From contig JAKLZA010000282.1 of assembly GCA_030704615.1 (NCBI GenBank), positions 1-25,789 of the forward strand: a DNA stretch of 25,789 bases, given 5' to 3'. Below the pieces are notes generated by a model. It saw only the letters and a program-made list of their open reading frames with translations. It did no database searches and was not told where the DNA came from. Source of the DNA: Takakia lepidozioides. Taxonomy: Eukaryota; Plantae; Bryophyta. Positions 1 to 11,076 of the stretch are shown here, one piece after another (the stretch's first letter is position 1; each line of letters starts with the position of its first letter). The position numbers and the translations under genes were made by a program.

Positions 1-222
1 AGAGAGGCTTTGGCAACTACAAGTACAAGGTAATGAAAATAGTACAGAGATGGAGGGGAAGAATAGAAGCCCGACCAAGCAAGATCTAATCCTGATCTAT
101 CTATGCTATCAACTGCCAGACTTCTCTCAAAGTGCCTCGCTCTGCATGATGATAAGGTGTAGGAGGTATATCTATGTCCAGAAACCTGCCACTAACCTTG
201 TCCCAAGCTACAGTAGCTCGCT

Positions 223-747
223 CTAACCAACCCTCCTCCTCTTTCTGCCAGGTAGAGACAAGCAATACTCCCCTATCTCCCGCTCACTGAACACTAAAGA
301 AAACAAAGGTAGGGTCTGATAGTCTCTCAACTCAAAAGCTTTGAGACGGTTGCGGGTGTCCTCATTGCGAATGACTGCATCTCCTTCACGCACAACAAAC
401 ATGTCATTGCTGATGAACCCCCGCTCGTGGTTGCCCTGTGCAGAGCGTATCCGGCTGCAACCATGTCTGATTGCACAAACTTGTGTAGCTCCTGCTCCTC
501 TGCTCCAGTACACCACGGCCTTGTGACTGAACACCTTGGTCCACGGGGCTGTCTTTGGCTGTGTTCCAAGCCTAGCTTTCACCCACTTTGGTATTTCACC
601 TACAGCTGCAGAACTGCTGGCTCCAACAGAGTTCTGACTGTCCAAGGCAATATTGAGGCCCTCAATGCCAACTACAGCAGTCTGTTGTCTACTGCTAATG
701 CCTGACTCCCAGTATGCAATCAACTCGTCCAACTGTTCTCCACTCAA
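223..747 (-). pseudogene. Unassigned 174-codon ORF, possibly one piece of a decayed minus-strand gene or TE ORF spanning about 1-3046
   Basis: Longest ORF in the first 3 kb, with protein-like composition. Other protein-like minus-strand stretches lie upstream (e.g. NYEQFKEVIEAMKKGGEVKVTPGQSLTAVVLQRQTENLRDFYILGRVVKC near 1670-1825), separated by an AT-rich intron-like block at about 880-1180. No domain recognised. Confidence 0.2.
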
Positions 748-3118
748 ATCAGTCTGAGTTCCTTGGGAAACATAAATCCTGTCCCCTTGTGTGCACAGGC
801 TAAGAGAAGAGACCTACCCTTCAATTACGTCCTCATTTCCCCCAGCCATGCAAGGAGTACATCCACAGATTTGTCTCTCATATAGACCAACACAGGTTCT
901 AGAGACAGAATTGTGGATCTTTTATGGCACACTCACACTCTAAAAATTCCATAGATTTTTAGCAGAGTCCCAAAAACAGAAACCAGGTCTAGGTAGGTAG
1001 ATTTCCCCTTTCTGCAGCTATTCCCCCAAAAACTGAGTCAAACAGAGTCCATTTGACAAAGATATGACCAATTTGGCTCTAAATCATTTAAATTAGATCA
1101 AAAGACCAAACAAATACAAAGATATTTTTTTTATAAATATTTGTCTTGGTTCCCTGTTCCCTGGTTATCTTCGGGTTCCCAAACATGTTCATGTAGTTCT
1201 CACAGTCTGGATTCACCCCTCCTCTCGTTCTGTGTTCTTATGCTGTGGCAGTGCGTGGGATGTGAAGGTCGGTGATGCAGGTCTTGGCCTTTCTGTCAAG
1301 GAGAACGTGAGAAGGCTTCAGATTAGTACACCCTGTGCTCCGGGCACTCAGGATGCAGGTACGCCAATGCGCGTTTGTTACACCGATGGCAACGTTGAGT
1401 CGATCCCTTCAGCTCATATCCCGCTCATACACCAAGTGTCACCTGGTGAGTTCACAGTCTCCCACTCTCATGCTTTCCTGCAACAAACACGACCTTGAGG
1501 TTCAATCCTCCAAAACCTGAGGATCGCCAGCCTGGGAGGTTGACACTGTCAGAAAGCGCCCCTCCCTTCCAGCAAATGGCCTAAGATCTGGTGACCTCGT
1601 CAATCCTCCCCTGGACTGCTCTTGCTTGGCCTTTCCCACAGCTGCTTGCACCTGTCACTGTGTTTCTACCTGACATTTGACTACCCTCCCAAGAATGTAG
1701 AAGTCCCTAAGATTCTCCGTCTGCCGCTGAAGCACTACGGCAGTCAGGCTTTGCCCTGGTGTCACCTTCACCTCCCCACCTTTCTTCATGGCTTCAATCA
1801 CCTCTTTGAACTGCTCGTAGTTATGGACAGCCCAACAGGCTGAATGTGGTTAGTAATGGGGGTGTTTTCTGGGTAGTGTGATGCTCAAGGTCTCGCTTTG
1901 GGGAGCCTTGACTACTGATCGGGTTGCTGGTGCGGTCGTGACGGAATTCCGCCTGGGAGGTGGACGTGGGCTGACTGTTGCATGTGGCTGTCGAAGAAAA
2001 GGAATTGGTCCGTGAGAAGCCTTGGAAGAAGCCGGTCTTACTTGCTGCACCAATACAAGTATTGCCCATTTAATGTCCTCTCTCTTCCATCTCTCCCCAC
2101 CTTAGCTCCCGGAAGAACTGTCCCCCAGTATGTATGTCATCTCTCCTTCTGTGCATTAGCCTACACGGTTTTTTACGCACGGGAAGCAACCAACTGCACA
2201 CTGCAGACTCTTTAAGAGAGAACGGACTAACAGGCGAAAAACTCAAGCCTGTGACGTTCTTCCTAGAGAAGCGACCCTGCCACCCATTCGCCAACACCAG
2301 GTCTTCTGCAAAGTAGCATAAGGACGGACACTAGATGCCACAACAACTGTACTCAGCACTGGGCATGAGTTCCGCCTTCAGCAACACGGAGACTCTTATC
2401 TCTCCAGCGTACTCCGATACCATCGCTCCGACATCCACAGCCACTGCCTTTGCGCAGTCAAACACGGAAATTTCCCTCTACAAAACCCGCTCATCAGTGC
2501 ATCTTCTCACGCTTCCCCGTCGTACACACGCCCCGTCACACAAGAGAGGCTTCGCATGAGCTTCCTCCCGTCCGCCATCTCACTTGCGTGGTATGAACAA
2601 GACAACTGGTGCTGGCTGGCTGGTCTACAGTCTATTTCCTAAGTAGACACTGCTCATCCACACATGCCTGCTCGGGCACACCCTGCAAGACTTCGGGGCG
2701 AATCCCCTCGCGCAACAGTTCGGATTTGACTAACACGTCGGTGCAGCAACAGCCGCCTGGCACCTTCAGTTATCAGAGGATTGCGTCGTCTCCATACGCG
2801 CAGGCTGCAGTGTGAAGAAGCTTGAAAGTGGCAAGCAGCCCAAAAGTTAGACCCCAACAGGGCCAGGGCTTTAGGCTCAGCCTCGAGATTTTCAAAGTTG
2901 GCAAACAGAGGGTCAGGAGCTGCTGCCGTGCTGCTCAACCACTCTACCTATACCCCCCGAGTCCCACCATTGCGACTGAGGATGTGAGACGAACTCCAGC
3001 TAGCGCCGTTCTATGCTCATTGCTTGAGCTGTGTACAAGACCATGACCATCTATATTATAATAGTGCTTAAAAAAACAAAAACATCATATCTAGCTTAGC
3101 ACTGGAAAACTAGATAGA

Positions 3119-3457
3119 GCTCATCTCTCTCGAGTGATAGAAAACCAAAGAACACACTGTTGACACAAAACATGAAAACCAAAACCATCACTCTTTGAAA
3201 TAGTAGTCGAGCCAGGGGCACCCCAAGCTATGGGGACTCCACCCCACAACAACCTACACTCCCATCATAAGCACTCTCAATCCTAAACGATGCAGGAGCT
3301 CGGTCGCGCAGGCTCAACTCGAGAGAGATGAGCCGCGCGACTGCCGCTCTCGTGAAGATAAGACGGACCAGGTGTCAAACTAAACTTGACACCTGATTTA
3401 ACACTTGACCTAAATCCAAGTGTTAAATACAAACAACTAGTTTTATGCTAGCTGTTT
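3119..3457. repeat. Cluster of short inverted repeats (hairpins)
   Basis: Perfect 17-bp IR gctcatctctctcgagt (3119-3135) / actcgagagagatgagc (3317-3333); 10-bp IR caggtgtcaa (3369-3378) / ttgacacctg (3386-3395); 12-bp IR atttaacacttg (3396-3407) / caagtgttaaat (3417-3428); imperfect IR 3431-3440 / 3448-3457. Confidence 0.85.
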
Positions 3458-3976
3458 TCACACTGTGCTTATTTAACTTGACAAAGAATCCGTCTTCATT
3501 TTGGACCCTATATTAATTTAAATGTGGTGCCGCCAATATATTAGTACCCTATAAATATATTCTAAATTTTATTTTCTCAATTTTGGGCACCCTATATTTT
3601 TTTGCACGTCAAATGGTAATATTTGGAAGTGACCCTTCTTCTTTCTATGGAAGATGAAAGGATGTGTCATGTACCATGCTGGAACTGAAACTATTTCTTA
3701 GAACAAATGACATTGCTCCAAGAGTCTAGGTGTTTATCCTCATGGCATTTTGTAGGACATTAGAGAACCAATATTTGTGCAGAGGTGAAGGGAAGTTAGA
3801 GTAACCGTTTGATTGCTTTTGCAAGAGATGGTGCTCGATGGCGGTGGCAAGGGATTCCCATTTCTCTCCAAACTGGTGTACTGAAGATGGAGGGTTGGCT
3901 GCCTCATCAGAATTCAGAAGAAAACTCGCCATGTCTGTCTGATTCGAGTTATGCCAGGAGCTCCTGAGCTTTTGGC

Positions 3977-4096
3977 GGTCGTGATTTTGATGTCATCAAA
4001 TATGGAACCATAGTTCCGTAACCAGGACCGGAGGCTCTTTTCGGAGCCTACCCAGATGCCAAAGCCGTCGTCGATATAGCGCTTAAGATAAAGTAA
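3977..4096 (-). mobile_element. Penelope-like retroelement (PLE) reverse transcriptase fragment, truncated by the CACTA insertion
   Basis: Minus strand translates LLYLKRYIDDGFGIWVGSEKSLRSWLRNYGSIFDDIKITT (RYIDD at 4081-4067). This fits the PLE RT pattern RY(I/V)DDxFxIWxG...L..F....N.....IKFT. Not in the ORF track. Similarity stops after KITT. Confidence 0.7.
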
Positions 4097-4097
4097 C

Positions 4098-4440
4098 CAC
4101 TACAACAGATTGCGGCTTTTATGACTCCCATGGGTGCGCAGTCACGACCAATTTGTGGCAGAAATGCCATTTGCAGTCGTAAATGCCTTTTGAAGTCATA
4201 ACATAGATCACGACGAAGCCGGTTATGCGACTATATGACTCCGAACTTTGCGCAACACAGGTCAAACACCCTTTGACCAGGAATATTGCCATGGTGGATA
4301 TGACTACCAGTCAGGGTCATGCCCATATGTGAATGACGTGTGCATATTGCTAGACGGACATATGACTTCATGACTGCCACTCTAATGTATTCTGCCAGAT
4401 CATCACATGTCGTCATGACATGGAGAGTCTGTGACATGGA
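4098..4440. repeat. CACTA terminal inverted repeat and subterminal repeats
   Basis: CACTACAACAGA followed by many direct and inverted (t/a)atgact / agtcat(a) / gtcgtaaa motifs (ttttatgact, agtcacga, agtcgtaaa, agtcataa, atatgact several times). Candidate 3-bp TSD aac at 4095-4097. Confidence 0.8.
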
Positions 4441-5787
4441 ACAACTTATGAGGTGTCTACATATGATTGGTTAAGTGGCTTTGATATTGTGGTGCGGGGG
4501 ATGCAAGTGAAGGAACGGTTTGCACACGAAGCAGCTTAGTAGGCCGTTGGCGCTTTGTGGAGAAGAATGGAATGTGGAGAAGAATGGAACGTGAAGCCAA
4601 CATGCTAGAGAGGCGATCTGGAACCGCATCTGTTTGTGACGTTACGTTCAAATGGCGGCGTGCATTTTAGTGTTTGTTGATCGCCGACAACATCAAAAGC
4701 AAGCCTCATACTGCGGAATGACAGACGAACAAATGATGCATTCAGGGGATAGATAAATTCATGCAAATCAAAAAATTCACTCATGAGAGTGATGCAAAAC
4801 ATGGGCTCAACAAAAGTCTTTGGGCAGTGACCAAGAACACCAACAAAATATGAAATCCAATACACTCTAACATATCGCCTTGTGCATGTCGTCCCTGTAG
4901 TAGGCCATCCCGGAGCTCCACGCCGTGTGATACTGGAATAGAAGCTTGGCAATACGGTCTGTTCCGATCCACCCACTTTGCCATGGGGGGGTTTTCTAAG
5001 AATGGGAAAGCCCATGAATTCAGCTTCTTGTATGATAAAACAACTGAGATAACAGCTCATGTTGTTCTCTCTAATGTACATATCCCCAATGACCTGCCCC
5101 AAGCTAGAACAGCAGCAGGATGACATCAGGGAATAATGATGTGGTGCAAGGCATGGAACACCTGCAGGGCAACAACATTGTAGTGTTGAATGTACTGCAC
5201 CCTGCTTGAGCCATTCACAGATGGGGGACTATACAAGTGAGTCACATGGTGTTAGCTGGGGCATGAGAGAAACTGCCCATAAATGCATCTACTACGCAAA
5301 TAACCCACTCAACCAGCCAGAGCATCATCTATGCGGATTGCCAGATTCTTTTGGGGAAAAATGAAAATATGATAAGTAGGGACCAAGCTTAAAAGCACTC
5401 CATTGGTATTCAATGGTCCATAAACACGAGCCTGCCCAATAAAGACCCACAAAATCACTGGGCAATTATGTAATGTAAACTGGAAGGCACATGCACTTTG
5501 TCAACAATGTACCCAAAGGCAGAACTGATGTGTAAATTTGCATGCCGTTCCAAAGTCTATAGTGACATAAATGTCATGACACGTTGCCAGACAGACACGC
5601 CATGTAAGTTGGACACCTCCAACACCCTGCAAAAAGGACACCCCCAAGGGCAACCCTTAGTGCCAGTCTTATGAATCCACATTATTTCATGAATCAACCG
5701 GGATTACATATTCAATTTTGCCCAATACCACCCTTCATATACTTGAGATAGAGGAAGGCAGTTGGGGGGGGAAAGTCATACCTCATT

Positions 5788-6673
5788 CTAGGTACTAGTA
5801 CACATCCACATCAACCAACTCCTCATCACTGACTCTGAATCTCCATCGCAACTGTCCTCCGTGGGACATGGATGTGCTTCCTCAGATCGCATGTCTCTGT
5901 AAAGTGAAGCAACCTCTTCAGGTGTCACTTGGATGGTCTGGCCCACCCTGTCACTAGCAACATTGGTCTCTTCAATGTGATTGGGGGCTAAGAGGCCTGA
6001 TACACTTGCAATATCATCGTTGCAAATGCTCACATCAGAAACAGCCCTGCGTGACCTGGGGTTTTTTTCCAGCACCACGTTCCATCTCGGTTCATTCACA
6101 CACTCAGAGAAAAAAACTTGCTCGACCTGTGATGGGAGCACAAAAGGCTGTTCAAGTGGAGCAACAAGTGGGAGAAATTCACCAATGTGAAGCCAGACTC
6201 GTCCTGCTTCATTGACACAGGCTGAGAGCCCACACGTCGTGCACGTACCCATGAACACAATAGCACCCGTGGTGTTTGTGGAGCCATAATCCAATTCTAA
6301 AATCTCCTTTATGACACCCACATACCGTACGCTTTCCACCACCTGCTCACGGTCAATTCAAGTACTGTCATGCTGGAAAACAGTAGAGACCCCCGAGTCA
6401 TATGTCACAAAGGGGTTGTTGAGTCCATCTGAAGTAACCCTGAAGTGGTTTCCATAAGCCGACATGCTCTTGTATGATGTTGCGATTACTGATGGGGGTT
6501 TGGACATGTCCAACAATTCCTTGCAGGCTGAATCAGTAGCATGGTTGGCAACACTTGACACATGCTGGCGGACTGCTTTTACCAGCCATTCTGCAAAGTG
6601 AGGGAGAGCACGGATCTTGTTCTGGTTAGTAGCATTTTCAGTCTCCAACCTGCATTTCTCCACCTCATAGGAC
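5788..6673 (-). pseudogene. CACTA transposase (TnpD/Tnp2 family), last exon, DUF4216-like domain
   Basis: Motifs YGNHFRV, TYDSGV, YVGVIKEILELDY, DESGFTLVNF, EQPFVLPSQVEQVFF, EPRWNVVL. In-frame TGA at 6360-6358 and frameshifts near 6150-6250. Candidate acceptor ttggcag|G puts the exon start at 6673, in frame with ORF 6358..6663. Confidence 0.85.
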
Positions 6674-6715
6674 CTGCCAACACACGCACAACCACATAAA
6701 TTTATCTAGTGCAAC

Positions 6716-7225
6716 TGTCGCGCGGCTTTTACTCACCCATCCCTTCGCTATCCGAGGCGGAAACTCCAAGATAGAAGAGTTGGAAATCTCTAAGTACTCA
6801 GCCCGCGCAGAACAATCAGTCATGACCTACAGCTAGTGTATCATGGGGGTGTTTCCTATTTGTTTCCTTTTCCGCATTCATCTTAGCTACCTTACCATTG
6901 ATAATTAAGTATCAGTTTGCTTCATCAATTTATCGGTTTCCTTCACTCCTCCATTCAATCCACAGCTTCACTCAGATCTCTCTACACAGTGTGATTGTAT
7001 CGTATAAGTATCAGATTATGATTTATCAGGTATCAGGCCGAAGCCATTGTGTCTCTATTCTCCTCTACAATATCCCTACAGCTTTGCATATAACAAGCAT
7101 CTACTAATCCTCTTTCCTCCTTCATCGTGCTCACCGACTTCCGCTCCCGTATGACTCCGAAATCCCCTTCCCCGAATAATGATCCCCCTTCATTTCCCGT
7201 TTCTCCCTTTATCCTCCTATCCGCG
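6716..7225 (-). mobile_element. 3' half of an LTR of the same Gypsy family, inverted (3' LTR or solo LTR of another copy)
   Basis: Reverse complement of about 7717-8190, ending ...gccgcgcgaCA at 6716. No PBS follows (flank gttgc). Several indels and substitutions relative to both LTRs of the full element. Breaks at ccgcg (7221-7225). Confidence 0.95.
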
Positions 7226-8190
7226 TGTTAGAGGACTGTAGGGGACTTAGACACTTATACGGGATCTGTAGGGTAACCTTAATTTTTGCACAGACTGAGA
7301 CAAACAGGAACCTTAGGGGTGACAGCAGAGCACTGTAGAAGGGGTTACACAACCCACACACACAGCCCACACAACATCACAGCCGCCCACAGCCCACACA
7401 GCCCGACAGCCACACAGCCCACACAGCCACACAGCCCACAGCCACACAGCCGCCGTCACAGCCCACACAGCCCGTCACAGTCGTCACGCACACAGCCCGT
7501 CACAGTCGTCACAGCAGACACAGCCCACACAGCAGTCACACCCGCCCCACACAGCCAGTCACAGCCCGACAAGCCAACACAGCCAGTCACCGCTTGACAC
7601 AGCTGTCACGATAATAGGGACGAAGAGTAGGACAGGGAACGACTGTGGGGAACAACACCAGAGAAGGGAACATGTTAGTTCACATACGACGGTTAGAGAG
7701 GGAAACGGTTAGAACCGCGGATAGGAGGATAAAGGGAAGAACGGGGATTATGATGGGATCATTATTCGGGGAGGACTTGGGAGTCAGGCGGAAGCGGAGA
7801 TCGGAGAGCACGATGAAGGAGGATTAGTAGATGCTTGTTAGATGCAAAGCCGTAGGATATTGTAGAGGAGATAGAGATACAATGGCTTCGGCCTGATACC
7901 TGATAAATCATAATCTGATATTTATACGATACAATCACACTGTGTAGAGAGATCTGAGTGAAGCTGTGGATTGAATGGAGGAGTGAAGGAAACTAATACT
8001 AATTATCAATGGTAAGGTAGCTAAGATGAATGCAAAAGGGAAACAAATAGGAAACACCCCCATGATACACTAGCTGTAGGTCATGACTGATTGTTCTGCG
8101 CGGGCTGAGTACTTAGAGATTTCCAACTCTTCTATCTTGGAGTTTCCGCCTCGGATAGCGAAGGGATGGGTGAGTAAAAGCCGCGCGACA
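7226..8190 (+). repeat. 5' LTR (965 bp)
   Basis: Starts TGTTAGAGGACTG, ends CGCGACA, direct repeat of 19413-20306, followed by PBS. Confidence 0.95.
7346..7610 (+). repeat. Degenerate CACAGC/CACAGT short-repeat tract in the 5' LTR
   Basis: Runs such as cacagcccacagcccacacagcc and gtcacagtcgtcac. The counterpart in the 3' LTR (about 19534-19731) differs in length and arrangement. Confidence 0.9.
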
Positions 8191-8192
8191 TT

Positions 8193-8210
8193 TGGCGACC
8201 ATACTGGGGA
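8193..8210 (+). promoter_or_regulatory. Primer binding site, probably tRNA-Arg-like
   Basis: TGGCGACCATACTGGGGA, 2 nt after the LTR end. Resembles the TGGCGAC...CTGGGGA tRNA-Arg PBS of plant non-chromovirus elements (from recall; the tRNA identity is not verified). Confidence 0.8.
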
Positions 8211-8231
8211 CTGGGACATGAACAACCAGAT

Positions 8232-8775
8232 GTGACAGGCATCTGGTGGGATCATGGTGGTTGGACCATTAAAGAATTTGAAGTGAATCAAATTCCCTGT
8301 GAAACGAAGGAAGAAAGATTGTCCAAACAATTCTTTCAAAGGTTCTTGGAATTGCCAGACGGATGTAAAGAAAATATTCTTAAACGAGTGCATGATGCTG
8401 ATCCAGAATGGGGTCTGGAGAAAGGAGTGATAAAGATTTATCAGGTAGCCTGTAGAGGAAGCACGTTGGTTACCAACATTGGTTTATGTGATAGCATTGC
8501 TATCCATTAAACGAGTAGAGTTTGAAGGCTGGGAAGAAAGAAAGGTGAATGTTTATACTCATATGCATGAAGAGCTTGTACTGGTAAAGAATTGGATTCC
8601 AAAGGATATTTTGTGGATCAAACTCACACCAAGAACAGCTTTTCAGACTTGTTTGCCATATGGTTATATGGTAACGGAGACTTCAAGTATAGCCAAGGGT
8701 GCATTGAAGCTTGAAAGAAATCCAGGCATATACGAGAGATATTACAGAAGAGAGTTTTGGTTATTGCCACATTAA
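8232..8775 (+). CDS. Extra ORF upstream of gag, unknown function (frameshifted)
   Basis: Two overlapping ORFs (8232-8510, 8479-8775) join by one frameshift into about 180 aa of globular-looking sequence. It may extend back into the LTR (ATG at 8083). Confidence 0.55.
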
Positions 8776-8796
8776 AAGAAATGAAAGACATGGGAC

Positions 8797-11049
8797 ATGA
8801 GTGATGAAAGAGAAGCTAGACGACAAAGATATTCATTAAAAAGAGAAAGCTATCTGAAAGCTAATTATCCATATCTTTGGGAGAGAGGAATAGACATAGG
8901 GGAATCATCTGGACCTCTCACACCATCAGATCAAAAGTGCATCACCTATACCGGAAGAACTAGAGTTGGATGCCACTCCTTCTGTTTCTTTGCAAGAAAG
9001 ATTAAGGGAATTGGTACAGGAAGAAGATCAATCACGAGGTGAAAGATCTGAGGTACATCCTTGGATAAAAGATTTGACAGAAATCTTTGATAAAGTTGGC
9101 ATGGAACACCAAAAGCAGGAACTCCAGTTTCTGAAGCAGAAGATGAAGAAGGAGAGAGGATGTGGCAGAGCCAACGGAGAGTTCAGACTCTCCAACACCA
9201 TTACAGTTGAGTTACATGAGTGAAGAAGAAACCCAAGGGCAGAACTTGGAGATGAAAAAGAGAGAAGAAATTGGAAGAGGAAGAATATGAAGAAGTAGAC
9301 CCAACAGCTGAGGTTGAGACTACAACCAGGACATCCCAACCCGTTGGACCTGGATCAAGTGGAGCACTTGGATCACAGGCCAACGAAGGTGTCGGCTCAG
9401 GGGGATCAGGCGGGCTGCCTGGATCTGGCTCTGGGGGGACAGGGAGTGTGGGAAGTAGTGCAACTGAAGCTGGGAATACTGTGAATATCGTGGGGCCAGA
9501 AGCAGGAGTGCTCAAGGGCCACCACTTGGTGGAAGATCCACCACAAAAACAACAGGTCCAGAAGGACCAGCACCAGCAAGGGTGCCAGCACCTGTCAGTG
9601 GGCAGAAGGTAGGGCCACAGATGGCGTTACAACCAACACGGGCAAAACCACCCTTTCCAATATATTCAGGAAAAAGGGATCCCGATGTACACATTAGCCA
9701 ATTTGAGCACATGTGTATAGTGAACAATGAGAATGGCGATGATGCCAAGATGAGACTGTTTCCTTGTTCACTTATCAAGAAAGCAAGTGAATGGTATGCA
9801 AGATTCCCTGATAATCATTTCCTAACCTGGAATGGCTTGAATACAGCATTTCGAAATAGGTTCAGGACAAGTAAAACTGAGGATGAAGTGTATGGAAGTT
9901 TACAACAGCTGAAGCAGAAGAAGCATGAAACTGTTGAAGAGTATATGGAGAAGATGGAATTGATGATGAAAAAGCTGGCTGCAGTACCAGCACCCGGTTT
10001 TACAGAAGACTTGGTTTGTGAGTGGACTAAGACCAGAGTTGCAGAAGAAAGTGGATATGTTACCCCATAATACAGTGGAGGAGGCATTTGAAACTGCAAA
10101 CAGAATTGAGCAATTGGGAATGCTCAGGAGAGAGAAAAAGGAAGATGAGGACTCTGAAGATGAGTCAGATGAAGAAGAAGAGCAAGAACTAAAAGAAAGA
10201 GTAAGAGAAAGGAAAAGTTGAAGAGGGATAACTATGAGAAAAGATTGGAAGAAATCTTGAAGAAGTATGCCACAGAGGCTGCAACACATTGGAGGAAGGG
10301 TGTATGGTGTGCAAAGTGCCAGAATGAAGGCCATACCACTACAGAATGCCACATGAAGGAGAAACACTGTACTATCTGTAAAATGGATAACCATTCTACT
10401 GAGAATTGTTACTACAACAGAAGGACAGCTGCAAGAGAACCTAGGCAAGTGAGGGTGCATCAGGTGCAGCCCCAGCCAAGAAGAAGCAATGATCAGGACC
10501 ACTATGGTAGGTCTGGTGGTTATAACAATGGCATGGAAGGGAGAGGTAATTCAAGAGGGAATTACCAAGGAAATTCCAGAGGCAACTATCAGGGTAATCC
10601 AAGGGGAATTACCAGCCCGGGAATCAGGATTATAGAAATAATCCAAGACCAGACCAAGGGCGAGGACCCAATGGTGAAGAGCTATGTTACTATTGTAATC
10701 AGCCAGGACATCGCAAGGCAGCCTGTTCATTCTGGATAAGACACCAGAATGAGATGAGAGAGCTCCTGTGAATGAGGGCCCAGTGGTGGCAGCTCACATG
10801 GTTAGGCCATGTGTTGTACCAGAAGTAAGTACAATGATAGTAACAAGAAGTAAAGCCAAACTAATACCTCCAGTAGAAGAGGAAGAAGATGAGACTGGAA
10901 GTGGCAATGATATGCCTGAAGATGAAGAGACTTGGAAGGATGAGAAGGAACTGCACAAGGAAGTGGCAGATACTATAAGGGAAATGCAAAAGAGTACTGA
11001 TATTCCTGTGGCAGATTCCTCTGATTCGGATGGAGAAAAGAGGGAGTGA
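8797..11049 (+). CDS. gag: Gag (frameshifted): charged and Gly/Ser-rich N-terminus, retrotransposon gag domain, three CCHC zinc knuckles
   Basis: FPIYSGKRDPDVHISQF...LFPCSLIKKASEWY...TWNGLNTAFRNRF...LKQKKHETVEEY (9640-9960). Knuckles CAKCQNEGHTTTEC (10308), CTICKMDNHSTENC (10368), CYYCNQPGHRKAAC (10685). GNSRGNYQ repeats. The N-terminal boundary is uncertain. Confidence 0.85.
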
Positions 11050-11076
11050 GGAAGAAAGGAAAAAGAAGATGCAGAC

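Larger units (their letters stand above)
4098..6715 (-). mobile_element. CACTA/En-Spm DNA transposon, 3' portion (other end not found in window)
   Basis: CACTACAACAGATT terminus at 4098, subterminal repeats, and transposase C-terminal coding sequence at 5788-6673 on the minus strand. Interrupted at 6716 by an LTR. Confidence 0.85.

Noticed and set aside
4605-5126. 173-aa minus-strand ORF inside the CACTA element
   Set aside because: No recognisable TnpA or other motif; it lies in the presumed 3' non-coding region.
6716-7225. Autointegration product or DIRS-like inverted termini
   Set aside because: The inverted copy is more diverged than the two LTRs are from each other, and the element has a DDE integrase, PBS and PPT rather than a tyrosine recombinase.
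7286-7597. His/Ser/Pro/Thr-rich ORFs in the LTRs (also 19466-19736) and at 14768-15221
   Set aside because: They are by-products of stop-free CACAGC repeat tracts, and the translations differ between the two LTRs.
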